A stretch of DNA of 63,969 nt, counting the filler, from an uncultured Methanosarcinales archaeon (GTDB lineage Archaea; Nanobdellota; Nanobdellia; Woesearchaeales; GW2011-AR9): assembly GCA_964434885.1 (NCBI GenBank). It is 5 parts of 5 records of this genome, joined end to end, with 100 filler letters (N's around TTAATTAATTAA, not from the genome) between each part and the next. Parts side by side here need not be neighbours in the genome. Positions count along the whole stretch, not along the records: positions 29,128 to 43,305 come from CAYSWQ010000021.1; positions 43,406 to 57,514 come from CAYSWQ010000022.1; 3 more parts are not named here. The stretch is one strand, 5' to 3'. The position numbers were made by a program, and so were the translations under genes. The notes under the pieces were generated by a model, which worked only from the letters and a program-made list of their open reading frames with translations, was not told the DNA's origin and ran no database searches. Shown one piece after another: positions 39,673 through 48,655 of the stretch; position 1 is the stretch's first letter, and the number at the start of each line of letters is the position of its first letter.

Positions 39673-39906
39673 ATGCAAAAAATCACTCCAATTAGTATTC
39701 TCGAAATAGGAGAGTGGTATGAAACATTTTTAAAAACTGGTAGAATTGAAAAGTATCCAGACAAGATCTTTGTTACAGATACATTGGATGGTAAGATAAA
39801 TGGTTATGATCCACGAATAAACATACTCAAAGGTAATTTTTTTTATCACGAAGCTCTTGAAGAAGTATTTAAAATGATTGGTGGTTACACTGAATATCGA
39901 TCCTAA
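39673..39906 (+). CDS. Hypothetical protein
   Basis: 77-aa ORF overlapping the next gene. Confidence 0.5.
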   Translation: MQKITPISILEIGEWYETFLKTGRIEKYPDKIFVTDTLDGKINGYDPRINILKGNFFYHEALEEVFKMIGGYTEYRS

Positions 39907-40474
39907 TATTTTTGGCTCTCAAACTAAAACTAATGAAATTATATTGTTATTAAAAGATAAAAAACCAGTAGTCAGACAAGGTTTTTATGATTCAGAATTT
40001 AAGAAAGTAAAAGAATTCTGTGAAAAAAATAATTTATTTTTGGTTAAATCAAAATTCAAAGTATTATTAGATAATCAAAATTATTCCAACAAAGGTATTA
40101 GAGTTAAAGAAGATCATCCCCAAGGAATGTATTTTGTTTATATTTCTAAAAACGAAGAGCAAGCTTGGTTAACTAGTTATTATGAACTCATTCAAGATCA
40201 CAACCAGTTAGGATTAATTCTAGGATATCCAGAATGTTGTGTGGATTTCTTTTGTCAAAACTTCAACCAAAAAAAAACTAACTTGGAACTTACTCCTACC
40301 AACCCTTGGACTAATTTAAGTAAGCGTACTAAAGATTGTGTATTGTTATCTCACTTTCCTTGTAAATCTGATTGTGAAGCAAGCATTAATCTAGCGAAGA
40401 AGTACTTTTCGGTTTTACAAGAAAACAATACTGGAGATACTAAAAAATTAATTAGAAATTTAGAAAATTATTAA
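39878..40474 (+). CDS. DUF483-like protein
   Basis: LGLILGYPECCVDFF and HFPCKSDC. Confidence 0.65.
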   Translation: MVVTLNIDPNIFGSQTKTNEIILLLKDKKPVVRQGFYDSEFKKVKEFCEKNNLFLVKSKFKVLLDNQNYSNKGIRVKEDHPQGMYFVYISKNEEQAWLTSYYELIQDHNQLGLILGYPECCVDFFCQNFNQKKTNLELTPTNPWTNLSKRTKDCVLLSHFPCKSDCEASINLAKKYFSVLQENNTGDTKKLIRNLENY

Positions 40475-40559
40475 GTATAATCAATCAGTTATTGATTAAC
40501 CAATAACCACTAAAAAATAACAAGAATTATTTATATATAAAAATAAAATTACAATTTCA

Positions 40560-41489
40560 ATGAAAAAAAAGTTTAAGTTATTTGATAAATCTAAATTAGT
40601 TTTAATGTTAATCTTAGTTTGTTTTTCTGTTATTACTGGTTGTGCTGATGAAGAACTTAAAACACAGTCATCGAAATGTAATATAGAAGAATCTAGTATT
40701 TTAAACATAAGAAAAGTAACTTTGAAAAAAGTATCCAATGCTTCCGGACTAGGACTAAAAATTGTTAATGGCAAACCTGTAATTATTACCATTGATGACA
40801 TCAGGAGAAAAGAAAATAAGGAAAACCGACCAAGTTTTACCTATTCTAACCCTGCTAATGGAAAAGTAATCAGAACTGAAAATTTTCCCACTGGTAATTT
40901 AGAAGGAGTTACTTACAAAGATGGTAAATTAGCGATTTTACATGGAGATGAAGATATTGATAACAAATATTTTATTACCTGGAACAATCGCAAAGTACAA
41001 CTTGATTTAAGTAAAGTTCAACCAATTCTGGCCAAAAATGTTGGTGTAACTTTAGAAGGATTGACTTCTGATAAAAATGGTTGGAACACTTTAGCATCCT
41101 TTTTTAACTTTAAACAAGGTATCCAGTATGAAATGTACATTATCCAGTTTGACGTAAATGGAAAACAAACTGGAATCATTGGCCCACTTAATCAAAATGG
41201 AAAAAAACTTTCCGATCATGGAGGAGCTCTAGCGAAATATAAAGACACTTTTTTAATTGGGTCTTTCCATAAGAAAAATATTTCTTTGGTTGACAAAGAT
41301 GGAAATATCAAAAGACAAATAAAATCTCCTGATCAACGTATTGAGGGAATGGCTTTTGATCCAGACAAATGCCAACTCTACTTAGTTCGTGAATGTGTTG
41401 GCATAGGAAGCGATTGTCCAGGAGAAGAACCTGAAGATGCCCAAGGAAAAGAAGTTCCAATGTACATAATCACTTTTGAAAAAGAATAA
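40560..41489 (+). CDS. Lipoprotein, probable beta-propeller
   Basis: VITGC lipobox; repeated ASGL, LEGVT, LEGLT, IEGMAFD blades. Confidence 0.7.
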   Translation: MKKKFKLFDKSKLVLMLILVCFSVITGCADEELKTQSSKCNIEESSILNIRKVTLKKVSNASGLGLKIVNGKPVIITIDDIRRKENKENRPSFTYSNPANGKVIRTENFPTGNLEGVTYKDGKLAILHGDEDIDNKYFITWNNRKVQLDLSKVQPILAKNVGVTLEGLTSDKNGWNTLASFFNFKQGIQYEMYIIQFDVNGKQTGIIGPLNQNGKKLSDHGGALAKYKDTFLIGSFHKKNISLVDKDGNIKRQIKSPDQRIEGMAFDPDKCQLYLVRECVGIGSDCPGEEPEDAQGKEVPMYIITFEKE

Positions 41490-41510
41490 AATTCTTTTGA
41501 TTTTAAAAAA

Positions 41511-41593
41511 AATACGCCAGCGCCCAACTATAAACGTTGGGTGCAGCGCTCCACTTCCTACGGCGTTGAAACCGAGGTAATACGCCAGCGCCC
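41511..41593. repeat. 15-bp direct repeat of the tRNA-Ser 3' end around a 53-nt GC-rich spacer
   Basis: AATACGCCAGCGCCC at 41511-41525 and 41579-41593. Confidence 0.85.
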
Positions 41594-41717
41594 GGATTTG
41601 AACCGGGATATCCAAAAGGAAACAAGCTTTCCAGGCTTGCGCAGTATTCTCCGACGTAAGTAAGGAGAGTTCAAAAAGTCTCCAGACTTTTTCGCCACCA
41701 GATTGTGCCACGCTGGC
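41583..41717 (-). tRNA. tRNA-Ser(GGA) with 51-nt D-loop intron near 19/20 (41647-41697)
   Basis: GCCAGCG/CGCTGGC acceptor, G73, CAAGC-CTGGAAA-GCTTG anticodon arm, long variable arm; relaxed BHB ATCT-GG^T-GGCG...CGTC-GGAG-AA^T. Confidence 0.9.
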
Positions 41718-41766
41718 GTAAATACCTTAATTAAAGAACTCTTTTTTAAATATTTTGGCAAAATAA

Positions 41767-42672
41767 TTAATAACTAGACAGTAATTTAGAGAATGTTTCT
41801 TTTTTATAATTCAAAAGACAAGGTATTTTATATTTATTCAATATTTTAAAATCATGTAAATTATAAATTCTTAATGATTTGTTGTTTACATTTGTTCTTT
41901 CAGGAAATGTCTCTTTAACAGATCTTAACCCAATTATCTGTAATGCTTTTTTAAGTTGGTTTATCAGTGTGATGTTGTTACAAGCAAAATCAACCATTTT
42001 ACGATTATGTTTTTTACAATAATTAACATTCCCATCCCCCGCAAAAAACCCTTTAAGTATCAAAGCCAATCTAGTTTTATCTTTTTTTTCTAAACATTCA
42101 GTGAATATTTTTTGGATAAAACTAAGAAAAAACGATCTAAATACTACGGAAGAAAAAAATAAATGAACACAACCATGTTGGCCAGTAGAAATTGGTACTT
42201 TTTTATGTAATGTTCCGGTAAGATAAAAACTTGTTTTTCTAAGAGTATTTTTATTTAATTCTAAATTTTTAATCCAGAAGTTAATTGCTTCTTGAGGTTT
42301 TCTTTGAAGATTTCTATTAAGTCCAATTTTCCAACTTAATTGCATTTTAGAAATTAAAAATTTATTCAAAAAATCACAAATCGGGTCCAACATTTTTTGG
42401 TCACTACCAGCAAAAGAAATTGAACCATCATGAAAATATTTAGCATTGAAATTAACTCTAGTGTATCCTTCTGCTAAGTATAAACCAATAGCAATAAAAT
42501 CCTGTTCGTCTAAAATTATTTTTTGAGGAATTTTTATTTCTTTTTTTGATTTTTTACAAGATAAAACAAAATAAATGTCTTCATCATTTTTTACTCTTAA
42601 TTTTTTATTATTTCCTTGTTTAGGTATGACTTCTTTTGGAATATATTTTTTGAGTTTAACTAAAGTCTTCAT
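41767..42672 (-). CDS. Free-standing two-motif LAGLIDADG endonuclease (LAG2)
   Basis: IAIGLYLAEG and ILKGFFAGDG motifs; GAGGTG RBS. Confidence 0.85.
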   Translation of the reverse strand: MKTLVKLKKYIPKEVIPKQGNNKKLRVKNDEDIYFVLSCKKSKKEIKIPQKIILDEQDFIAIGLYLAEGYTRVNFNAKYFHDGSISFAGSDQKMLDPICDFLNKFLISKMQLSWKIGLNRNLQRKPQEAINFWIKNLELNKNTLRKTSFYLTGTLHKKVPISTGQHGCVHLFFSSVVFRSFFLSFIQKIFTECLEKKDKTRLALILKGFFAGDGNVNYCKKHNRKMVDFACNNITLINQLKKALQIIGLRSVKETFPERTNVNNKSLRIYNLHDFKILNKYKIPCLLNYKKETFSKLLSSY

Positions 42673-42725
42673 ATTCACCACCTCTAAACTTTATCCCCCT
42701 GATTAGAAGTTTGGAGATTTTTTAG

Positions 42726-42821
42726 AAAAAGAGGTTAGGGAACAAAACTTCTTAACTGATTTCCGTGTCGTATTTTTTGACCGAAAATCAGATTAATAGA
42801 TATTTTGTGTGGCCTCTTTTT
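42726..42821 (-). ncRNA. Long imperfect stem-loop between tRNA(CAU) and LAG2
   Basis: Nested pairings AAAAAGAGG/CCTCTTTTT, ACAAAA/TTTTGT, TTAA/TTAA, CTGATTTTCG/CGGAAATCAG, GTC/GAC. Confidence 0.5.
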
Positions 42822-42833
42822 TATTATAATAAG

Positions 42834-42999
42834 TGGCGGTGCCGAGATTTGAATTCCTGGATAAAATATCTCTCAGGACCTCTACGTAACCCAGTTAAAT
42901 TGAGTTTGTCATCGAACTAAAGTTCTCATCGCTCAATCATATGAGCCTCGCTTGTCATTAAAGACATGTAGCGCTATAACCAGGCTTAGCTACACCGCC
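42834..42999 (-). tRNA. tRNA(CAU), probably elongator Met, with three introns: 30/31 (42947-42967), 37/38 (42888-42939), 53/54 (42854-42871)
   Basis: GGCGGTG/CACCGCC acceptor; each intron has a 4-bp helix and two 3-nt bulges; removal gives a 75-nt cloverleaf; Ile2 identity not excluded. Confidence 0.9.
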
Positions 43000-43105
43000 G
43001 CCTAAACACAAATATCTATGTTTTTATAAAAATGTTTTGGTATAATCTATGTTACTACTTAAAAATAGAAAGTTTTATAAATCATCAATTAAAATTAAAA
43101 CAAAA

Positions 43106-43305
43106 ATGGATTTAAAATATATTTGTGAAAGTAGTGATCCTGGATTAACCAGAGTAAACTACAAAGGTTTATGTGTTGATGTTTATGATGGAGGAGATAA
43201 ATTTGCTGGTGTTGCCTTTCCTGGCTGGAATGTTCTTCCTCCCAAAAAAAAAGTATTAACTGCTAATCATGCCCCATTATCAGATCGTTTAGAAGAAACT
43301 AATTA
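43106..43305 (+). CDS. Hypothetical protein (3' truncated)
   Basis: ATG after a TTTATAAA box; runs into the gap. Confidence 0.5.
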
Positions 43306-43405
43306 NNNNNNNNNNNNNNNNNNNNNNNNNNNNNNNNNNNNNNNNNNNNTTAATTAATTAANNNNNNNNNNNNNNNNNNNNNNNNNNNNNNNNNNNNNNN
43401 NNNNN
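43306..43405. other. Artificial contig spacer
   Basis: N44-TTAATTAATTAA-N44. Confidence 0.98.
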
Positions 43406-43407
43406 CA

Positions 43408-43761
43408 ATGTTGACCACTTTATCTTGGAAAAATAATATTAGTATAGGGATTTTGATTTTTGTTTCTTTAGTTTGACTATATTTGATCTTTTTCGGAAAT
43501 GAAAAAAGAACTCATCATCAAAAGAAAAAACCAGAAATAAAAAAAGAAGATTATCAAGAGATGTTAAAAGAATTGAGTGAAGAAGAAAAGCAAGTTTTAG
43601 AAAAGATCATTGATGAACAAGGAACAATCTTCCAATCAAAGTTGGTTGAAGAAACTGGTTTCACTAAAGTAAAAGTTACTAGATTATTAGACCGTTTAGA
43701 AGGACAAGATTTAATTGAAAGAAAGAGACGTGGCATGACTAATGTAGTGATTTTGAAATAA
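43408..43761 (+). pseudogene. Membrane-anchored winged-HTH protein, 5' truncated, with in-frame TGA at 43474-43476
   Basis: wHTH GTIFQSKLVEETGFTKVKVTRLLDRLE...RRGMTN; TM segment ISIGILIFVSLV*LYLIFF broken by a stop. Confidence 0.6.
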
Positions 43762-43828
43762 AGTTTAATTAATTTTTTAAATAATTAATCATTCTTACTT
43801 ATAAAGAGGTTCTTAGATTTTATTTAAA

Positions 43829-44158
43829 ATGGCAGATTTAGAAACAGAAATCCTAAAAACAATAATCAATAATTCGATCAGTGCAATGGATTTAGCAATA
43901 TTAAGGATTATTGACAACAAAGGAAAAGCTACTGCTAACGAAATTATTGTTGATCTAAAAGAAAATTACGACAAAGATTACTCTCAAGGAAACGGAGGTT
44001 ATATCAAAATAGGTCGTTTAGAAAAAAAAGGTTTAATCTGTTCACAGGAAGGGCCCAATCCCATTAAATCTAGTATACGATCAAAAGTTAAATATTATCA
44101 AGTATGTAATTATGCTAAACAAAAATTCCTTACCCATTTAGAAAAAAATGAGTCCTAA
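43829..44158 (+). CDS. PadR-like winged-HTH regulator
   Basis: DLAILRII..ANEI...RLEKKGLI...KYY. Confidence 0.65.
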   Translation: MADLETEILKTIINNSISAMDLAILRIIDNKGKATANEIIVDLKENYDKDYSQGNGGYIKIGRLEKKGLICSQEGPNPIKSSIRSKVKYYQVCNYAKQKFLTHLEKNES

Positions 44159-44180
44159 AAAAGACATTAAAAAAGACAAC

Positions 44181-44654
44181 TTAAAACACAAAAGGGATTA
44201 ATCTCTTAGTTCTTTTCTGATATTTTTTATATTTCTCTCCTAATTTTTCAATCAAAAAATATTCTTCTTTATTTATTCTCAACAAAGTAGCAGGTAAGAT
44301 TAATACCAAAGTAGAAATTATTCCCAAAATTGAAGAAAAAACTCCACCAATTCCTAAAAAGATTAAAAGATTAAACAAATACATTGGGTGCCTGATATAT
44401 TTATAGAAACCAGTTTCAATCAATTCATGTTTTTTATGAATCTTAATATTAACACTAAAATATTTTCCTAATTGTCTGTGAACAATCATCCTACCTACAA
44501 TTCCAAAAAGCAAAACTATTAACCAAAAAACTTGACAATAGATTGAAAATTTAAGTATCTTCCAAAATTGAAAATCAACCACCACCAATATCAAAGTAAT
44601 ACTAAATGTAATACCAAAAACCCAAAAAGTAAGCCATTCTTTTACTTTTACCAT
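44181..44654 (-). CDS. Isoprenylcysteine carboxylmethyltransferase-family membrane protein
   Basis: HELIETGFYKYIRHPMY, RINKEE, RLIPF. Confidence 0.88.
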   Translation of the reverse strand: MVKVKEWLTFWVFGITFSITLILVVVDFQFWKILKFSIYCQVFWLIVLLFGIVGRMIVHRQLGKYFSVNIKIHKKHELIETGFYKYIRHPMYLFNLLIFLGIGGVFSSILGIISTLVLILPATLLRINKEEYFLIEKLGEKYKKYQKRTKRLIPFVF

Positions 44655-44753
44655 AAAATAATTAAATGAGATGAATTAATAAACCTTTCTGAAACTAGTT
44701 TCATACAAGTGCTTATAAGTTGTTTCATTTTCAAAGATCTTAGGTGATTAAAA

Positions 44754-45197
44754 ATGAAAAAAATATTATTGATAAGTTTGTTAATAATACCTATTATAAT
44801 TGTAGCTGGTTGTACTAGTAGTAAAAGTTCAACTGGAGCCGCAACTACAGAAAGTGGACTAGTAAAAATACCATTAAATGAAGTAACTAAAGATGTCAAA
44901 AAATACACTTATAATGCTCAAGGCACCAAAGTAACTTATTTTGTAGTTAAAGGTTCAGACGGAGAAGTAAGAACTGCTTTCGATGCCTGTGATGTTTGTA
45001 GTGGCTCACAAGGATATTATCAAAGCGGAGGAGATATCACTTGCCGTAAATGTGGTCGAGTATTTCGAATTGATGGTTTAGGGACTAAAAACCAAGGTTA
45101 TGGTTGCTGGCCAAGTTATTTAAGTCACAAAATTAAAGATGGAAAGGTAGTTATAAAAACTGCAGATATTGTCGCTGGAAAACATAGGTTTGTCTAA
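44754..45197 (+). CDS. DUF2318-like Cys-rich lipoprotein
   Basis: VAGC lipobox; AFDACDVC, GY, CRKCG, GCWP. Confidence 0.85.
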   Translation: MKKILLISLLIIPIIIVAGCTSSKSSTGAATTESGLVKIPLNEVTKDVKKYTYNAQGTKVTYFVVKGSDGEVRTAFDACDVCSGSQGYYQSGGDITCRKCGRVFRIDGLGTKNQGYGCWPSYLSHKIKDGKVVIKTADIVAGKHRFV

Positions 45198-45198
45198 A

Positions 45199-45270
45199 AT
45201 GTTTGGAATAATATTGTGGATTGGAATAATTGCACTACTCATCTGGTTAATATTAAAATATAAAAAATAA
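45199..45270 (+). CDS. 23-aa single-TM micropeptide
   Basis: MFGIILWIGIIALLIWLILKYKK* fills the gap between two operon genes. Confidence 0.5.
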   Translation: MFGIILWIGIIALLIWLILKYKK

Positions 45271-45280
45271 GAGGGAAAAA

Positions 45281-45484
45281 ATGAAAAAAATAAATTTGAA
45301 CATAAAAGGAATGCATTGCAAAAGTTGTGCAATGTTAATTACTGATGTCTTAGAAGATTTAAATGTTAAAAGTAAAATAAATCATGAAACTGGAAAAGCA
45401 GAAATTGAATTTGATGAAAATAAAATAACTTCAGAGGAAATTAAAAAGACCATCACTAAAGAAGGTTACCAAATAAATAATTAA
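45281..45484 (+). CDS. copZ: Copper chaperone (HMA domain)
   Basis: GMHCKSC. Confidence 0.88.
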   Translation: MKKINLNIKGMHCKSCAMLITDVLEDLNVKSKINHETGKAEIEFDENKITSEEIKKTITKEGYQINN

Positions 45485-45485
45485 A

Positions 45486-46928
45486 ATGGCAATGGCAAAA
45501 AGAAAATTCAAAACTACTGGGATGACTTGTAATGGCTGTGAAAAAATCATCGCCAGACAAGTTCTAAAAAATCCTGGAGTAAAAAGTATTGACATCAACT
45601 ATATTACAGAAAAAGCTACAGTCAAATTTGATGATACTAAAACTAGTTACCATGAAATAAAAAAACAAATTGAAGAAAAAGGTTATTCTTGTCAAGAACC
45701 TGATTTCAAAAATAAAAAACAATTATTTGGTTGGGTTTTTGGAATTGTTGGAATATTAATAGCTGGATATTTCATCTTAAAATTCTTTGATGGAATTCAA
45801 CTACCTCAAATCTCTCAAAACATGGGATATGGCTTGTTATTTGTTGTTGGATTATTAACTGGTTTTCATTGTATTTCCATGTGTGGTGGTTTTGTAGTTT
45901 CTTATACTACTAAAGGAGTTAAAGCTGGCAAACCAGCTCACAAATTACATTTGTCATATGGAATTGGAAAAACTCTCTCTTATACTATCATTGGAGCAGT
46001 ATTCGGTCTTATAGGAAGTTTAATTGCATTTACACCCACTATGAGGGGAGTCGCTGGAATTTTAGCAGGATTATTTCTACTCATCTTCGGATTAAAAATG
46101 TTAAATATTATTCCTGCCTTAAGAAAATTCCAATTAAAAACTCCAAATTTTATCAACAAATTTACCAACAAAGAATCCAAAAAATATGTTAACAGTCCAT
46201 TAGCTATCGGACTATTAAATGGATTAATGATTGCTTGTGGACCATTACAAGCAATCTACATTATGGCTGCTGGAACTGGTTCTGCTCTAGAAGGAGCCAA
46301 ACTATTATTTATCTTTGCTCTAGGAACCTTACCCGTAATGTTGGGTTTTGGCTACATCACCAGTTATATTAGTAGAAAATCAACCAATAAAATCTTAAAA
46401 GCTTCAGCCGTAATTGTAATCATCTTGGGTTTAATTATGGTTAATCGCGGATTAGCTTTAACTGGTACAGGGTATGATTTAAATTCATTAGGTGCAAATT
46501 TACAGTATTTATCAAGCAATACAAATAATTCAAGTTCGAGTAGTGAATCTGCAACAATAACAATGAAAAATGGTTATCAAATAATCAAAATGGACGTAAC
46601 CCGCTATGGATGGACACCCGATAAATTTATATTAAAGAAAGGTGTTCCAGTAAAATGGATAATTGATGGAAAAGAAATCACAGGTTGTAACAATGCAATC
46701 CAAGTTCCTAAATTAGGACTCAACTTCCCCATCAAAAAAGGAACTCAAACAATTGAATTCACCCCCAAAGAAAGCGGAACAATTTCATGGAGTTGCTGGA
46801 TGGGTATGATCCCTGGGGTCTTTGTCGTTAAAGACCAAGTTACTGGGGCATCTGCTCAACAAGAATTAGCTGCAGTTCAAGTCCCTAAAGGAGGAAGTTG
46901 TGGCGGCGGCTGTGGTTGTGGAGGATAA
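45486..46928 (+). CDS. HMA + DsbD_2/TauE-like membrane domain + cupredoxin fusion
   Basis: GMTCNGC; HCISMCGG; GLMIACG; SCWMGM; C-terminal CGGGCGCGG. Confidence 0.85.
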   Translation: MAMAKRKFKTTGMTCNGCEKIIARQVLKNPGVKSIDINYITEKATVKFDDTKTSYHEIKKQIEEKGYSCQEPDFKNKKQLFGWVFGIVGILIAGYFILKFFDGIQLPQISQNMGYGLLFVVGLLTGFHCISMCGGFVVSYTTKGVKAGKPAHKLHLSYGIGKTLSYTIIGAVFGLIGSLIAFTPTMRGVAGILAGLFLLIFGLKMLNIIPALRKFQLKTPNFINKFTNKESKKYVNSPLAIGLLNGLMIACGPLQAIYIMAAGTGSALEGAKLLFIFALGTLPVMLGFGYITSYISRKSTNKILKASAVIVIILGLIMVNRGLALTGTGYDLNSLGANLQYLSSNTNNSSSSSESATITMKNGYQIIKMDVTRYGWTPDKFILKKGVPVKWIIDGKEITGCNNAIQVPKLGLNFPIKKGTQTIEFTPKESGTISWSCWMGMIPGVFVVKDQVTGASAQQELAAVQVPKGGSCGGGCGCGG

Positions 46929-46930
46929 AG

Positions 46931-47302
46931 ATGAAAAAAGAAATATTTTTATTATGTGTTGTTGGAATTTTTTTATTAGGTTGTACTGCTGAATCAAACA
47001 ATATCTCAACCAATAGCAATCCTAATTACAAAGAAATTTCTTTAGTAGCTTCCAACTGGAAATTCACACCTAATGTAATAGAAGTTAAAAAAGGAGAAAA
47101 TATAAAATTAAAAATCAAAAGTACTACTGGAACACATGGAATTGCTATTCCTGATTTAAATGTCAAAACTGGAAGAATTGGTCCTGGTGAAGAAAAGACA
47201 GTTACATTTACCGCAAATAAAGTTGGTTCTTTTCCTTTCCGATGTAATATTTATTGTGGTTCAGGACACAAAACAATGACTGGGAGGCTTATTGTAAAAT
47301 GA
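46931..47302 (+). CDS. CuA-type cupredoxin lipoprotein
   Basis: LLGC lipobox; HG...CNIYCGSGHKTM. Confidence 0.85.
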   Translation: MKKEIFLLCVVGIFLLGCTAESNNISTNSNPNYKEISLVASNWKFTPNVIEVKKGENIKLKIKSTTGTHGIAIPDLNVKTGRIGPGEEKTVTFTANKVGSFPFRCNIYCGSGHKTMTGRLIVK

Positions 47303-47643
47303 TAAAAAAATTAATTTTAATTTGTAGTTTGTTATTGACCCTAATAATTTCAGGTTGCTCAATTACTGGTGGATCGGTAGTTGGAAGTAGCACAGATAAC
47401 TTAGCTAAATGTTTAACCACCAAAGGGGCAACAATGTACGGAACTGAATGGTGTTCCCATTGTAAAAACCAAAAAGCTGCTTTTGGCAATAGTTTCAAAT
47501 ACGTTAATTATGTTGATTGTGATGCAAATCCAAGTAAATGTAGTGCTGCAGGAATAAGAGGTTATCCTACTTGGCAAATCAATGGCAGAAACTACCCAGG
47601 AGAACAATCATTAAGCAAACTAAAATCTCTAACTGGTTGTTAA
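47299..47643 (+). CDS. Thioredoxin-fold lipoprotein
   Basis: ISGC lipobox; YGTEWCSHC, YVDC, GYPTW. Confidence 0.85.
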   Translation: MIKKLILICSLLLTLIISGCSITGGSVVGSSTDNLAKCLTTKGATMYGTEWCSHCKNQKAAFGNSFKYVNYVDCDANPSKCSAAGIRGYPTWQINGRNYPGEQSLSKLKSLTGC

Positions 47644-47678
47644 TTTTTTTCTATTTTTTCCATAAACTTTATATATAA

Positions 47679-47700
47679 CATATGATATTATTGTCATATG
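47679..47700. promoter_or_regulatory. ArsR/SmtB-type operator
   Basis: Inverted repeat CATATGA-N8-TCATATG between TTTATATA (47668) and the ArsR ATG, overlapping it. Confidence 0.7.
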
Positions 47701-48045
47701 ATAAATAAATCACCTATAAAAAACAAACATATTTGCCCAGTTGATGCAGCCTACAAACTATTTTTTAGTAGTTTAGCTAATACTAATCGATTGGCAATCA
47801 TCAACGTATTAAGATCTGGAAAGAAAACAGTTAGTGAAATATGCAAAACCACAAATTTTGAACAAACCATGGTTTCCCACAATCTTAGAAGATTAGAACA
47901 TTGTGGAATGGTTTTTGGAAAACAAGAAGGTAAATTTAGATATTATTCAGTCAATCAAGAAACCATCCAACCATTATTAAAAATGATTGATCAACACATG
48001 AAAAAATATTGCTGCAAAATAATAAAAGAACAAAATGACTCTTAA
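47698..48045 (+). CDS. ArsR/SmtB family regulator
   Basis: FSSLANTNRLAII, VSHNLRRL, GKFRYY; C-terminal CC. Confidence 0.9.
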   Translation: MINKSPIKNKHICPVDAAYKLFFSSLANTNRLAIINVLRSGKKTVSEICKTTNFEQTMVSHNLRRLEHCGMVFGKQEGKFRYYSVNQETIQPLLKMIDQHMKKYCCKIIKEQNDS

Positions 48046-48655
48046 TAAAAAACAAGTAAAAAATAAGTATAATCGGTTTGCATTATTTTATGATTTATTT
48101 GAATCTCCAATAGAATATTTCCTGTTTAAAAAATGGAGAAAAAAATACTTAAAAAATTTAACAGGAAAAGTTCTTGAAATTGGAATTGGTACTGGTAAAA
48201 ACATTCCTTACTATAACTATGAAAAAACAGATCTTATTGGAATTGATTTAAGTCCAGGCATGTTAAAAAAAGCTAAAGAAAAAGCAAAAAAGTATAATTA
48301 TCAAGTTACCCTAAAATTAGGCAATATGGAAAATTTACCATTTAAATCAAATTCTTTTGATTATGTTGTTTGTACTTTTGTTCTTTGTTCTGTACCCAAC
48401 CCAGAAAAAGCGATAAAAGAGATGAAAAGAGTAATTAAAAAACAAGGAAAAATAATCTTATTGGAACATGTTATCAGCCAAAACAAACTAATTAAATTAT
48501 GGCAAAGAATTCATAATCCACTTACTACTTTTTTATTTGGTTTTAATATAGATCGAGACACATTATCAAATCTAAAAAAATGCGGTCTAAAAATAAAAAA
48601 TGTGAAAAATCTAGCTCTAAAAGATGTTTTCAGAAAAATTGAGGTCTCAAAATGA
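48035..48655 (+). CDS. Class I SAM methyltransferase
   Basis: [22 protein letters not shown]. Confidence 0.9.
   Translation: MTLNKKQVKNKYNRFALFYDLFESPIEYFLFKKWRKKYLKNLTGKVLEIGIGTGKNIPYYNYEKTDLIGIDLSPGMLKKAKEKAKKYNYQVTLKLGNMENLPFKSNSFDYVVCTFVLCSVPNPEKAIKEMKRVIKKQGKIILLEHVISQNKLIKLWQRIHNPLTTFLFGFNIDRDTLSNLKKCGLKIKNVKNLALKDVFRKIEVSK

Noticed and set aside
41382..41761. ORFs 41382-41711 and 41558-41761
   Set aside because: They overlie tRNA-Ser and the lipoprotein 3' end; spurious
11142..42672. LAGLIDADG ORFs as inteins or group I intron ORFs
   Set aside because: No splice-junction residues or host exteins; the neighbouring tRNAs are complete without them
43474..43476. In-frame TGA where Gly would fit, hinting at TGA recoding
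   Set aside because: Other long conserved genes are intact under code 11, and alaS and lhr end in TGA; a point mutation or contig-end error is simpler
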